A DNA stretch of 40,000 nucleotides from Pseudomonas monsensis (GCF_014268495.2 NZ_CP077087.1:3338709-3378708); one strand, 5' to 3'; shown: positions 1-9,086, numbered from the stretch's first letter. Notes: generated from the sequence alone by a model not told the origin. Numbers and translations: made by a program.

Positions 1-404
1 GTGGCTCCTCAGCACTCATGGGCGTTTATCGTTACGCCGAGCCCATTACAGTCCGAGGCTTGGTGTTCATGGATGCGCCTGGCTACGACCCGATGGGAGC
101 CACTGGCCAAATCGCCAGCGGCGCAAACCTCGTTGCGTTCACCACCGGACGCGGCTCGTGCTTTGGCGCCAAGCCTGCTCCTTCGATCAAGCTCGCGACG
201 AATACCAAAATGTACACTCGCATGAAGGATGATATGGACATCAACTGCGGGGATGTCATGGATGGCGATGCCACCCTTGAATCGAAGGGTAAAGAGATTT
301 TCGACATGCTCATACGAGTGGCTTCTGGAGAAAAATCTAAAAGCGAGGCGTTGGGCGTCGGCAATGAAGAAACAGTACCTTGGATGATCGGCGCTCAAAT
401 GTAA
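1..404 (+). CDS. UxaA-family sugar-acid (altronate/galactarate-type) dehydratase, C-terminal fragment; the 5' part lies outside the window
   Basis: The frame-3 ORF is open to the window edge. The translation ...GLVFMDAPGYDPMGATGQIASGANLVAFTTGRGSCFG...LATNTKMYTRMKDDMDINCG... matches the UxaA C-terminal domain as I remember it. It is followed by a strong terminator. Confidence 0.75.
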   Translation, partial: GSSALMGVYRYAEPITVRGLVFMDAPGYDPMGATGQIASGANLVAFTTGRGSCFGAKPAPSIKLATNTKMYTRMKDDMDINCGDVMDGDATLESKGKEIFDMLIRVASGEKSKSEALGVGNEETVPWMIGAQM

Positions 405-414
405 CAAGCGAGCG

Positions 415-451
415 AAAAAAAGAGGCGCCCTGATACCAGGCGCCTCTTTTT
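415..451. terminator. Bidirectional rho-independent terminator between the convergent dehydratase and GntR genes
   Basis: A 9-bp stem AGAGGCGCC (421-429) / GGCGCCTCT (439-447) is flanked by an A6 run upstream and a T5 run downstream. Confidence 0.7.
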
Positions 452-468
452 AAAACATGTTGGTGGAA

Positions 469-1188
469 TTAATCAGCTTCGACAGGCTTGTGCGCATCGG
501 CAACGATCAGCGCCCCTGTATTCAGGATAAACTCGGCAGCACTTTTGATGTCATCTTGCAGTGATTCACAGGCGGCAACCGAGTCACCCTTCTTTAAAGC
601 ATCAACCATCGCTGCGTGATGACTGGCTTGCACTCGCTGAACCACACGCTCAGTGCCAGATCGTAGGTCATAGTTGATGATAGGCCCTATTCTCAGCCAC
701 AGGGACTCAACTATCTGGAGCAGGATGGGCATGTCCGCCTGATTATAAATTGCGAAATGCAATTCTTTGTTCAGCGTAATCAGCCGTGACTCATCGGGAG
801 CGCCTTTTGCAAACTCTGCGCAAAATGCCTCGTGTATCTTTTCAATCTCAGCCAGCGCCTGCGAATCAACAAGCTCCGCAGCACGAGCTGCCGCTTGCCC
901 CTCCAGATTCAACCGGATACTGGTGATTTCCCGGAATTGGCTGACTGTCAGTACAGGAACGCGAATATATCGATTAGCCGCCATTTCAAGCGCTTGCTCA
1001 GCGACCAACCTGTGAACAGCCTCTCGCACTGGCATGACGCTAACACCAAGAGCGTCCGCTATAGATCTGAGCGAGAGCTTTTCCCCAGGCATAACGCGTC
1101 CGCTTATCAGCAGATCACGCAGCTGGGCATAAACGTCCGCACTGAGAGTCTGGCGGATCATGGGGGTTACGAGTGTGGATAGGTTCAT
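469..1188 (-). CDS. GntR-family transcriptional regulator, FadR/FCD-type C-terminal domain
   Basis: 239-aa ORF. It has an N-terminal winged-HTH segment (LSLRSIADALGVSVMPVREAVHRLVAEQAL) and a helical C-terminal ligand domain. There is no clear SD before the ATG. Confidence 0.85.
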   Translation of the reverse strand: MNLSTLVTPMIRQTLSADVYAQLRDLLISGRVMPGEKLSLRSIADALGVSVMPVREAVHRLVAEQALEMAANRYIRVPVLTVSQFREITSIRLNLEGQAAARAAELVDSQALAEIEKIHEAFCAEFAKGAPDESRLITLNKELHFAIYNQADMPILLQIVESLWLRIGPIINYDLRSGTERVVQRVQASHHAAMVDALKKGDSVAACESLQDDIKSAAEFILNTGALIVADAHKPVEAD

Positions 1189-1235
1189 GGCGAGAATTAT
1201 AGGCAGGTTCGATCAGCCGGGATAGGAAAATGAGA

Positions 1236-1253
1236 CATCTGTGATCACGGATG
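1236..1253. promoter_or_regulatory. Candidate operator: 18-bp near-palindrome CATCTGTGATCACGGATG, about 50 bp upstream of the GntR start
   Basis: 16 of 18 positions are self-complementary. The core TGTGATCAC recurs at 2233-2242 upstream of the SDR gene. Confidence 0.4.
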
Positions 1254-1359
1254 TGCCGGTATTGAAAGTGACGGAATTGGGGAGAAATGAGTTCTCTAGC
1301 ACACGCACAACAAGCGTCTCGCTACCAAGGTCGGTGGCGAGACGTGTAGGTCTGACTAA

Positions 1360-2148
1360 TCAAAGATACTCGACATTGCCATCGATGCTGATCGCTTGTC
1401 CTGTCACATTGTTAGCAGCAGGAGAGCATAGAAATAAGGCCATTGCTGCCACGTCTTCGGGTGGAGTCATCCGGCGCAATGAGATTTTCTTCAATGTTTG
1501 TTGGCGCATCTCCGGCTCTGAAATGCCTAATTGTTTGGCGCGATCACTGATGACGCGATCCTGGCGCGGGCCCTCGACGATGCCTGGCAGCAGTGCATTG
1601 ACTCGAATGTCTTTTTCGCCCAACTCGGCTGCCAATGACTTCATAAGACCAACGATGGCCCACTTGGTCGCGGCGTATGGAGTCCGCCAGGCGTAGCCTA
1701 AGCGCCCCGCGACCGATGAAATATGAATGATGTGTGCGTGTTCTGACTTCGTTAGGAGGGGGACAGCATGATGAGCGAAGCGATACTGCGCATTGAGATT
1801 GATGTCTATTGTCTGTTCCCATTCTGCATCGCTAATTTTGTCGATTCCGCCGGTCGGCCCTGCTATGCCTGCATTGTTGATAAGTACATCCAGCCCATCC
1901 ACCCAATCCTGTTGTATCTCGAAGACTCGCTTAATTTGAGCAGAGTCGGAGACGTCAGCTAATGTGGCCAAAGCCTCTGGATAGCGCTCACGAAATTGTG
2001 CGATCGCCTGCTCACTTACATCGCATACATGGACTCTTGCCCCAATTTCGAGATATGCAGCCGCGATCGATTCACCAATGCCTGCTGCCCCACCGGAAAT
2101 CAAAACTCTCAATCCGGTATAGGGTGTCAGCCGCTTCATCACGTTCAT
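1360..2148 (-). CDS. Short-chain dehydrogenase/reductase (SDR) family oxidoreductase
   Basis: 262 aa. Glycine-rich NAD(P) motif VLISGGAAGIGESIA and catalytic YAATK (YxxxK). An AGGA sits about 11 nt before the ATG. Confidence 0.9.
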   Translation of the reverse strand: MNVMKRLTPYTGLRVLISGGAAGIGESIAAAYLEIGARVHVCDVSEQAIAQFRERYPEALATLADVSDSAQIKRVFEIQQDWVDGLDVLINNAGIAGPTGGIDKISDAEWEQTIDINLNAQYRFAHHAVPLLTKSEHAHIIHISSVAGRLGYAWRTPYAATKWAIVGLMKSLAAELGEKDIRVNALLPGIVEGPRQDRVISDRAKQLGISEPEMRQQTLKKISLRRMTPPEDVAAMALFLCSPAANNVTGQAISIDGNVEYL

Positions 2149-2226
2149 AGCTAATGCGTCCTGTCTTATTTTTGTTCATGAGTTCTTTCGTGGCTACGGA
2201 GTGCGTAGACAAGAAAACCTCATTAA

Positions 2227-2255
2227 GTGATATGTGATCACAGTTTTTTTGTCAA
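2227..2255 (-). promoter_or_regulatory. Candidate sigma70 promoter of the SDR gene with an embedded palindromic operator
   Basis: The minus strand reads TTGACA (2255-2250), a 17-nt spacer, then TATCAC (2232-2227). The spacer contains the perfect 10-bp palindrome TGTGATCACA (2233-2242). Confidence 0.35.
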
Positions 2256-2301
2256 GACAGGCTTGCCGCAGATTTGCAGGTGATTACCGGAGAGGGCGCA
2301 G

Positions 2302-2324
2302 ACTCCTACTCCTACTCCTACTCC
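2302..2324. repeat. Hexanucleotide microsatellite (ACTCCT)x3.8, which reads (AGGAGT)n on the gene-sense minus strand
   Basis: Direct reading: actcct actcct actcct actcc. It is intergenic, between the OYE stop (2406) and the SDR start (2148). Confidence 0.9.
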
Positions 2325-2405
2325 GGCTCAGCATTGCTACCTGCCGGCCCGATTAATCTGCGAGAGGCAGCTGGCAGCGACTGCGCTTCCCGCAGCACTT
2401 CATCG

Positions 2406-3485
2406 TTATCGAATCTGGGCCATGGTCGGGTAATCCGTATAACCTCGCTCCTCACCCTGATAGAAGGTGGTCGGGTCTGCGTCATTCAATGCGACACCCT
2501 GTTCGAATCGCTCTACCAGATCCGGGTTGGCTAGGAACGCAGTGCCAAAGGACACCAGATCAGCATTTCCTTCTCTGAGGGACGTTTCTGCGCGTTCCGC
2601 GTCATAGCCGCCATTGGCGATGTAGGTGCCTCCGAAACGACGCTTCAGTTCTCTGAAGTCGAATGAACCCGCACCGACTTCTACAACGTGAATGTAGGCT
2701 AGCCCGTAGCGACTGAGCATTTTTGCTGCATAGTTGAATGTCGCTTGGGGATCGCTGTCGCTCATGGAGAAGTAATTAAAAATCGGTGACAGGCGAACGC
2801 CCACGCGGCTAGCCCCGAATACTTCGATGACCGACTCCACAACCTCCTTAAGAAACCGAGCGCGATTTTCTGCAGAGCCGCCGTATGAATCGGTTCGGGT
2901 GTTGGTGCCATCGCGCAGGAACTGATCGATCAAGTAGCCGTTCGCGCCATGTATTTCCACACCGTCAAAACCTGCACGCTTCGCGTTTTCAGCACCTTGG
3001 CGAAAATCCGCAATCACACCAGGAATTTCATCCAGACTCAGAGCCCGTGGCGACTCGTAAGGCTTCAGTCCTTCAGGCGTGTAGATCTCGCCATCAGCCT
3101 TGATCGCTGAGGGGGCTACCGGCAGCTGATTATCGAGCTGTACTAGGGAGTGTGACAGGCGCCCAACGTGCCAGAGCTGGAGAAATATCCGTCCGCCCTC
3201 TGCATGCACGGCGTCGGTCACGTGTTTCCAGCCAGCGATTTGCTCGCTGGTGAAGATGCCCGGTGTTCTCATGTAGCCTTTGCCTTGAGCCGAGACCTGG
3301 GAACCCTCAGTAATGATGAGGCCGGCGCTTGCACGTTGACGGTAATACTCGACTACTGTGGAAGTTGGAACATCACCTTGGCCAGCCCGGCTTCGTGTCA
3401 GAGGCGCCATCACCATATGATTTTTCAAGGGTAGGTTGGCGATTTGAGCGGGGGACAAAAGAAGGTTGAGATTGCTCGCTGTCAT
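2406..3485 (-). CDS. Old Yellow Enzyme family NADH:flavin oxidoreductase / alkene reductase (NemA-like)
   Basis: 359 aa. Motifs PLTRSRA and HGANGYLIDQFL are typical of OYE/FMN reductases. A GAGG sits 7 nt before the ATG. Confidence 0.9.
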   Translation of the reverse strand: MTASNLNLLLSPAQIANLPLKNHMVMAPLTRSRAGQGDVPTSTVVEYYRQRASAGLIITEGSQVSAQGKGYMRTPGIFTSEQIAGWKHVTDAVHAEGGRIFLQLWHVGRLSHSLVQLDNQLPVAPSAIKADGEIYTPEGLKPYESPRALSLDEIPGVIADFRQGAENAKRAGFDGVEIHGANGYLIDQFLRDGTNTRTDSYGGSAENRARFLKEVVESVIEVFGASRVGVRLSPIFNYFSMSDSDPQATFNYAAKMLSRYGLAYIHVVEVGAGSFDFRELKRRFGGTYIANGGYDAERAETSLREGNADLVSFGTAFLANPDLVERFEQGVALNDADPTTFYQGEERGYTDYPTMAQIR

Positions 3486-3557
3486 GACGTGCCTCAGTAT
3501 GATTTGGGGTGTTGGATAGTTATCGTCGAGATGAATTTCACGCCGGCTTGAGCGGCG

Positions 3558-4397
3558 CTAGTTGAGCCGTCCTTGTTGCCGCAGCCGTGTGCCAATCCGC
3601 TGTATTTCCGTTTCACCCTGCGCCAGAGCTGCCTTGCTCGTGTGAACCGAGTAGTGACCCGTTACTAGGTCGTACGGATGCTTTACCGCCGAGCCCATCA
3701 CGAAAGAGCAATCGCCTTTCGCGATGAAGTTGATGCGGTGCTCTGACTCTTCGAACACGGCTAAGTCGCCGGCATTGATCAACCCACCTGCGTCCAGACT
3801 TCCAGAACTCACAGCGAGCCAAGCAATGTTGTGACCGGATGGAGGGGTGTAATGCCAGTGCTCACCGTCTTTTAAACTCACGGCGAGATAGTTCATTTCA
3901 CTCGGCACTTCAATCAGGCTTTGGGCTGCCCCGTAACGTCCCAATAGCAAACGCGCGGGGCCCACTTGAGGAACTTGCGACGGCGCAAGGTAGACACTCA
4001 TCGCGGGTGCGTTTTCAAGAGATGGTGGCAATGCCACCCAGAGCTGGAATCCCTGGATTGCGGACTTGCTGGCTAGCGTAGCGTCGTGCCACACCCCATT
4101 GCCGGCCTGCATCCACTCGACACCACCCGCGAGCAGTAAACCGGTCGCCCCAGTGGTGTCCTCATAAGAGACATCCCCTTTTGTCATGAAGGTAACCGTT
4201 GCGATTCCTGAGTGCGGATGCATGCCGAAACTCGACTTACTACCACTGGCGTTCAGGCTGAAAATGTCCAGGAAAATAAACGGTTTTAACAGCTCTCCTA
4301 GATCACCTGGACTCATAAGCCTCGTTATGGGGCCATGTGTGGTTCCTTCAGTACGATGGACAATGGCGCGTGGTCGAACTACTACGGTGGCGGTCAT
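3558..4397 (-). CDS. Pirin-family protein (bicupin)
   Basis: 279 aa. It has the metal-binding cupin motif HPHSGIATVTF and a two-cupin length. It is co-directional with, and upstream of, the OYE gene. Confidence 0.85.
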   Translation of the reverse strand: MTATVVVRPRAIVHRTEGTTHGPITRLMSPGDLGELLKPFIFLDIFSLNASGSKSSFGMHPHSGIATVTFMTKGDVSYEDTTGATGLLLAGGVEWMQAGNGVWHDATLASKSAIQGFQLWVALPPSLENAPAMSVYLAPSQVPQVGPARLLLGRYGAAQSLIEVPSEMNYLAVSLKDGEHWHYTPPSGHNIAWLAVSSGSLDAGGLINAGDLAVFEESEHRINFIAKGDCSFVMGSAVKHPYDLVTGHYSVHTSKAALAQGETEIQRIGTRLRQQGRLN

Positions 4398-4580
4398 ATG
4401 TTTTCTCTTTGTTCTCCCTTGCCGACAGACGATGTCGTCGAGCGGAGTTCCGGCTGCCTGGACTGGATGGGGATTAACTCAGTGATGCCGAAAAGCCTTG
4501 ACGGTCAGCCCGTAGGAGATTCCGGCAACTGAAGGTCAGCTGCAGCAATGACTGAAGGATATGCGTCTATTGACTGCTTT

Positions 4581-4595
4581 ATTAGATGGCATAAT
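4581..4595. promoter_or_regulatory. Candidate LysR box (ATTA-N7-TAAT, fits T-N11-A) in the divergent pirin/LysR intergenic region
   Basis: The sequence attagatggcataat lies about 40 nt upstream of the LysR ATG at 4636. This rests on the motif alone. Confidence 0.3.
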
Positions 4596-4635
4596 TGGAT
4601 TGAACTGATCCATTTTTGGCGTGGGTGGTAGCAAG

Positions 4636-5553
4636 ATGATCGATCTGAATGACGTCGCATTGTTTGTAAAAGTGGTGCGCAGCGGTAGTTTCGCTGAGGC
4701 AGCACGGCAGCTTGGAATGCCCTCAAACACCTTAAGCCGGCGGGTTCAACAGCTTGAGGCTCAACTCGGTACGAGGCTGCTGCAGCGCTCCACGCGCAAG
4801 CTCACACTCACCCAGTCTGGCGAGGCTTTTCACGAGCGATGCTGTGGAGCCGTGGATGGACTGATTGACGCTGGTGAGCAGCTGATGACAGGAAACCAAG
4901 AGCCGAGTGGCACCGTGCGCATTGCGGCAATGGCTGATTTTTTCGACTTCTTTCCTATGGAGTGGGTAGCCGATTTTCTCGAGGCGCATCCACGGGTAGA
5001 CGTCGACTTTGTGCTGAGTGATGCACGCGCCGATTTGATCGCTGATCGTATCGACATTGCGTTTCGAGGCGGAGCGTTGCAAGACTCAGGATATGTCGGT
5101 CGCCAACTCCTTGGAGCTGGTAACGAAGGTCTGGTGGCCAGCCCGAATTACCTTAGAAAAAAAGGTGTACCTGATTCGCTTGGAGATTTTGTCAATCATG
5201 ATTGTGTAACTTTTGGCCATCCTAGTGGCGTCACCACCTGGACTCTCCATGGGCCAAATGGTGCAGCGGAAGAAGTGCGGGTCACTAGCCGTTTCAATGG
5301 AAACACCGCCCAAGCTTTGCGCAAGGCGACGTTGGCCGGGCTAGGAATTGCCTTGCTGCCGCCCGCCATGACAAAGTCTGATCTTCAGACAGGGCGCCTT
5401 GTGTCTGTGCTGCCGCAGTACCATAGAACCGGATACGGCCTGCATGTGCTTTACCCAAGTCGGCAACATTTGCCGTTAGCTGTGTCTGCATTCATTGGGT
5501 TGGTGATGGAGAAACTGGAGGGACAAGAATTTCCTGCAACGGCTCTCTCCTGA
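4636..5553 (+). CDS. LysR-family transcriptional regulator, divergent from the pirin-OYE genes
   Basis: N-terminal HTH MIDLNDVALFVKVVRSGSFAEAARQLGMPSNTLSRRVQQLEAQLG plus a LysR substrate-binding domain. The ORF opens at GTG 4621, but ATG 4636 gives the canonical N-terminus. Confidence 0.85.
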   Translation: MIDLNDVALFVKVVRSGSFAEAARQLGMPSNTLSRRVQQLEAQLGTRLLQRSTRKLTLTQSGEAFHERCCGAVDGLIDAGEQLMTGNQEPSGTVRIAAMADFFDFFPMEWVADFLEAHPRVDVDFVLSDARADLIADRIDIAFRGGALQDSGYVGRQLLGAGNEGLVASPNYLRKKGVPDSLGDFVNHDCVTFGHPSGVTTWTLHGPNGAAEEVRVTSRFNGNTAQALRKATLAGLGIALLPPAMTKSDLQTGRLVSVLPQYHRTGYGLHVLYPSRQHLPLAVSAFIGLVMEKLEGQEFPATALS

Positions 5554-5584
5554 TCCATGCATCCGTCAAGAGTTTGGGATATGC

Positions 5585-5803
5585 CTAAGAATGACGCAGG
5601 CGCATGATGGCATCTGTGATGCCTTGAGCATTCTTGTCCAGCGTCTCCATCGCCCCGATTGCGTTAGCGGCTACATTCTCCGCTCCGTTATCAAGCGGCC
5701 ACTTTGTCACCTCTTCATTGGCTGCGCGTATTGCGTGCTGGTTGTGTAGCAGCAGCGTGAGGGCGTCTGCTGTGGCTACATTCACTTGAGAGCTATCCGG
5801 CAT
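5585..5803 (-). CDS. Hypothetical small protein (72 aa)
   Basis: The internal ATG at 5803 is preceded by AAGGAAG at good spacing. The longer 107-aa ORF upstream is Arg/Ser-rich and looks non-coding. I recognised no family. Confidence 0.4.
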   Translation of the reverse strand: MPDSSQVNVATADALTLLLHNQHAIRAANEEVTKWPLDNGAENVAANAIGAMETLDKNAQGITDAIMRLRHS

Positions 5804-5873
5804 CGGAATCTTCCTTGATGATCTGGTGCGTAGGTAGTAGCTGATCTCTCGCCTGCTCGATCTCTTCCTGAAT

Positions 5874-6409
5874 CTACCCGCAAGGGGATGGCCCATCGGT
5901 TCTGGCACGGCCTAGGGTATCAACCGCATCTCGCGTAGTTTGTCGAACACGTCGAAAAATGCCTGATCGCTCGACCAAGCCAGCGTCCATGCAACGACGC
6001 AGCACTTCATTGAACAGCCAGCGAAAGAGATCGCTGTCCCGAAAACGGCCATGTCTATTTTTGGAAAAGGTCGAGTGGCTGGGGACTTCATCTTCAAGGC
6101 TTAACCGGCAGAACCTGCGATACGCCAGGTTCAAATGGGCCTCTGCGCACAACCGCCGCTCTGAGCGAATGCCGTAGCAATAGCCCACGATCAGCATGCG
6201 GATCATCAGTTCAGGATCAATCGACGGACGCCGATCGGGCTAAAGAAATCGGCGAGGTAATGGCGCAGGTCGCTCAGATCGAGACACCGATCAATGCTGC
6301 GCAGAAGGTGATTGGCGGAAATGTGATCTTGGAGGTTGAACGAGTAAAACAGCCGATCCTGCCCACTCGATAACTGTCCCATCATGCTGCGTGCTTCCCT
6401 GCGGGCCAA
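5874..6409 (-). pseudogene. IS5-family (DUF772 / InsH N-terminal type) transposase remnant, frameshifted and 3'-truncated
   Basis: Two abutting ORFs (6409-6206 and 6206-5874) in different frames together read ...LFYSFNLQDHISANHLLRSIDRCLDLSDLR... / LMIRMLIVGYCYGIRSERRLCAEAHLNLAYRRFCRLSLEDEVPSHSTFSKNRHGRF.... There is no DDE catalytic part. Recognisable similarity seems to stop near 5970. Confidence 0.75.
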
Positions 6410-6867
6410 TGCAGATATTTTGCCGCAGGCAAGATAGAGGAGCTACTTTTTCAACACATCGTTGCCGTTGAAGTTCGATTCCTGGTTTGCACGGGAAGTG
6501 TCAGCCCCTCCGATTTTGAGTTGTTCGGACAGAGCTAACGCGATAATGCTAATTAACCAATTGATTTTTAACGATTAATTCCTTGGGTAGAATACGAGTC
6601 TGTACGGAGGTGGTGTTGTTCGTTCATCGATTCCAGTGTTCACCGTTCCGCTGAAAGCTTCAGGCCGGTCTATCGAATCGCAGAGTGTCCGGTCGGAGCT
6701 ATCCTCATCAATAGCCCACTTGGCCTTAGGCTGGGGGCATCCTTTTCAAACCATCCAAAGCATGCCCTCAGATGTACCCCCAATGTAGCAATCCACTGGA
6801 AGTGAATGGAGCTCCATGGTTTGTGGAAAGGCAGAAATGATTAGCCGAACTGCCTGCCCGACGAAAC

Positions 6868-7782
6868 CTAAAGACTATCCGGATCGCCAAAGAACATCTG
6901 AATCCGCGACCGCAGCCAACGCTCACCCGGATCATTATCCTGCGACCCGCGCCACGCCATGTGCAGCTCGAACGTGCGCGTCGGCAACGGCGGATCTTCC
7001 GCTCGCACGCCACCCGCCGCGGTCAGCGCTTCAGCGGTGTAGTCCGGCACGGTGGCAACGATGTCGGTTCCCGCCAGCAAGGTACTTAGCCCGTTGAACT
7101 GCGGCACAGCCAGTACCACATGGCGTTTGCGGCCGAGCTTCTCCAGTTCTTCATCAATAAAGCCACTGAGGTCACCGGCGAACGACACCAGCGCATGGGG
7201 CCGCGCGCAGTAGTCGTCGAGGCTTAACGGGCCCGGCACGGTGTCGGCACGCAACAGCTTCGGCTGGCTGCGACGCAGGACCTTGCGCTTGGCGTTGGCC
7301 GGCAGGTCGGTGGTGTAGCTGACGCCGATGGAGATTTCGCCGGAGGCCAGCAGGCCGGGCATCAGGATGTAGTTGACCCGACGCACCACCAGCACGATAC
7401 CGGGTGCTTCGGCGCGCAGGCGCTTGAGCAGCATCGGCAACAGGGCGAACTCGACATCGTCGGACAAACCGATGCGAAACACCGAGGTACTGGTGGCCGG
7501 GTCGAATTCCGCCGCGCGGCTGACGGCAGTCGAAATCGAGTCGAGGGCGGGCGAGAGCAGGGCGAAGATTTCCACTGCACGGGCGGACGGCTCCATGCTT
7601 CGGCCGGTGCGCACGAACAATGGATCATCGAACAGGCTGCGCAGGCGCGAAAGCGCCGCACTGATCGCCGGCTGGCCGAGGAACAATTTCTCGGCGGCAC
7701 GGGTCACACTGCGTTCGTGCATCAATGTTTCGAATACGATCAACAGGTTCAGGTCGACACGACGCAGGTCATTACGATTCAT
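6868..7782 (-). CDS. LysR-family transcriptional regulator
   Basis: Starting at ATG 7782 gives MNRNDLRRVDLNLLIVFETLMHERSVTRAAEKLFLGQPAISAALSRLR (canonical HTH). The ORF extends to 7845, but the extra 21 aa look non-native. Confidence 0.85.
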   Translation of the reverse strand: MNRNDLRRVDLNLLIVFETLMHERSVTRAAEKLFLGQPAISAALSRLRSLFDDPLFVRTGRSMEPSARAVEIFALLSPALDSISTAVSRAAEFDPATSTSVFRIGLSDDVEFALLPMLLKRLRAEAPGIVLVVRRVNYILMPGLLASGEISIGVSYTTDLPANAKRKVLRRSQPKLLRADTVPGPLSLDDYCARPHALVSFAGDLSGFIDEELEKLGRKRHVVLAVPQFNGLSTLLAGTDIVATVPDYTAEALTAAGGVRAEDPPLPTRTFELHMAWRGSQDNDPGERWLRSRIQMFFGDPDSL

Positions 7783-8052
7783 CTGGAGTCCTGGCAGAGT
7801 CATCAAGCTTGACGAGGGCAGCCATATGAGAACAATGGCCGGCATGAATCTTACGGGGAAAGGCTGGTACTCTGCACCGGAAAATTCAGCTTTACTCAGG
7901 CGATGGCAGCAGTTTTTTCATGGATTTCGCCGATGCCGTCCATACTGCGGAATCAATGACAGGCATGTCGACTATTAATAGCCACTGATAGTCTTGGGTC
8001 GAAAGCCCAGATAGAGTTCGTGGCATTAGAGGTTAATTTGACGAGGTTTGCG

Positions 8053-9075
8053 ATGTCCCGCACGATCCGTTTTCACAAGTTTGGTCCGGCCGAGGTGCTC
8101 AAATGCGAAGAGCATGCGGCCGCTCAGCCAGGTCCTGGCGAAGTGCAGGTGCGTGTCGAGGCGATCGGCATCAGCTGGTACGACACACTCTGGCGTCAGA
8201 ATCTGGCCTCGTCCCAGGCACGCCTGCCCTCAGGCCTTGGCCATGAAATGGCCGGCGTGGTGACGGCCGTCGGCGCCGATGTCGAAGACCTGTCAATCGG
8301 CGACAAGGTAGCCAGCTTCCCGGCCGAAAGCCCGAACGATTATCCGGTCTACGGCGAGTCGATCGTGCTGCCGCGCACCGCGCTGACCCGTTATCCCGAT
8401 GTGCTCAGCCCGATCGAAGCCAGTGTGCATTACACGCCGCTGTTGATCGCTTATTTTGCCTACGCCGATCTGGCACGGGTCAAACCCGGGCAGTTTGCCT
8501 TGGTGACTGACGCCAGCCATTGTGCGGGACCGTCCTTTGTCCAGTTGGGCAAGGCGATGGGGGTGCGGGTCATTGCCGCCACCAAAGAGGCGGAAGAGCG
8601 CGAGTATCTGCTGTCCCTTGGTGCGGAGAAGGTGATCGTCACCGAGGAAGAAGATCTGTTGATGCGCATCAACAAAATCACTGACAACCGTGGCGTCGAT
8701 GTGGTTTTCGATGGCCTGGGCGGGCCACAGATGTCGCTGCTTGGCGATGTGCTGGCACCGCGTGGCAGCCTGGTGTTGTACGGCCTGCAGGGCGGTAACC
8801 AGACACCGTTTCCGGCGTGTGCGGCGTTCCAGAAGAACATCCAGTTCTTCGTGCACTGCATCGGCAATTTCACCGGCAAGCCGGAATTGGGTATCACCCA
8901 GGATCACGTCGCCTTGCAGCGTGCCTTGCGTGACATCAACCAATTGACCGCTGATCGCGTGTTGTTGCCGCTCAAGACCCGTGTATTCCCGTTCAATGAG
9001 TTCGTAGAAGCACACCGCTACATGGACGAATGCCCATGCCGCGAGCGCGTCGCACTGCAAGTCGAACCGGCGTAA
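8053..9075 (+). CDS. Medium-chain dehydrogenase/reductase (quinone oxidoreductase / zinc-type ADH-like)
   Basis: MSRTIRFHKFGPAEVLKCEE...GPGEVQVRVEAIGISWYD is typical of the MDR/QOR N-terminus. A GAGG sits before ATG 8053. It is divergent from the LysR at 6868-7782. Confidence 0.85.
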   Translation: MSRTIRFHKFGPAEVLKCEEHAAAQPGPGEVQVRVEAIGISWYDTLWRQNLASSQARLPSGLGHEMAGVVTAVGADVEDLSIGDKVASFPAESPNDYPVYGESIVLPRTALTRYPDVLSPIEASVHYTPLLIAYFAYADLARVKPGQFALVTDASHCAGPSFVQLGKAMGVRVIAATKEAEEREYLLSLGAEKVIVTEEEDLLMRINKITDNRGVDVVFDGLGGPQMSLLGDVLAPRGSLVLYGLQGGNQTPFPACAAFQKNIQFFVHCIGNFTGKPELGITQDHVALQRALRDINQLTADRVLLPLKTRVFPFNEFVEAHRYMDECPCRERVALQVEPA

Positions 9076-9086
9076 AGCCAACCCTC

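Noticed and set aside
1196-1201. A perfect TATAAT 7 nt upstream of the GntR ATG, as a leaderless-mRNA promoter.
   Set aside because: No acceptable -35 element lies at 17-nt spacing (TATCCC). I mention it only as a side note, with too little support for a feature call.
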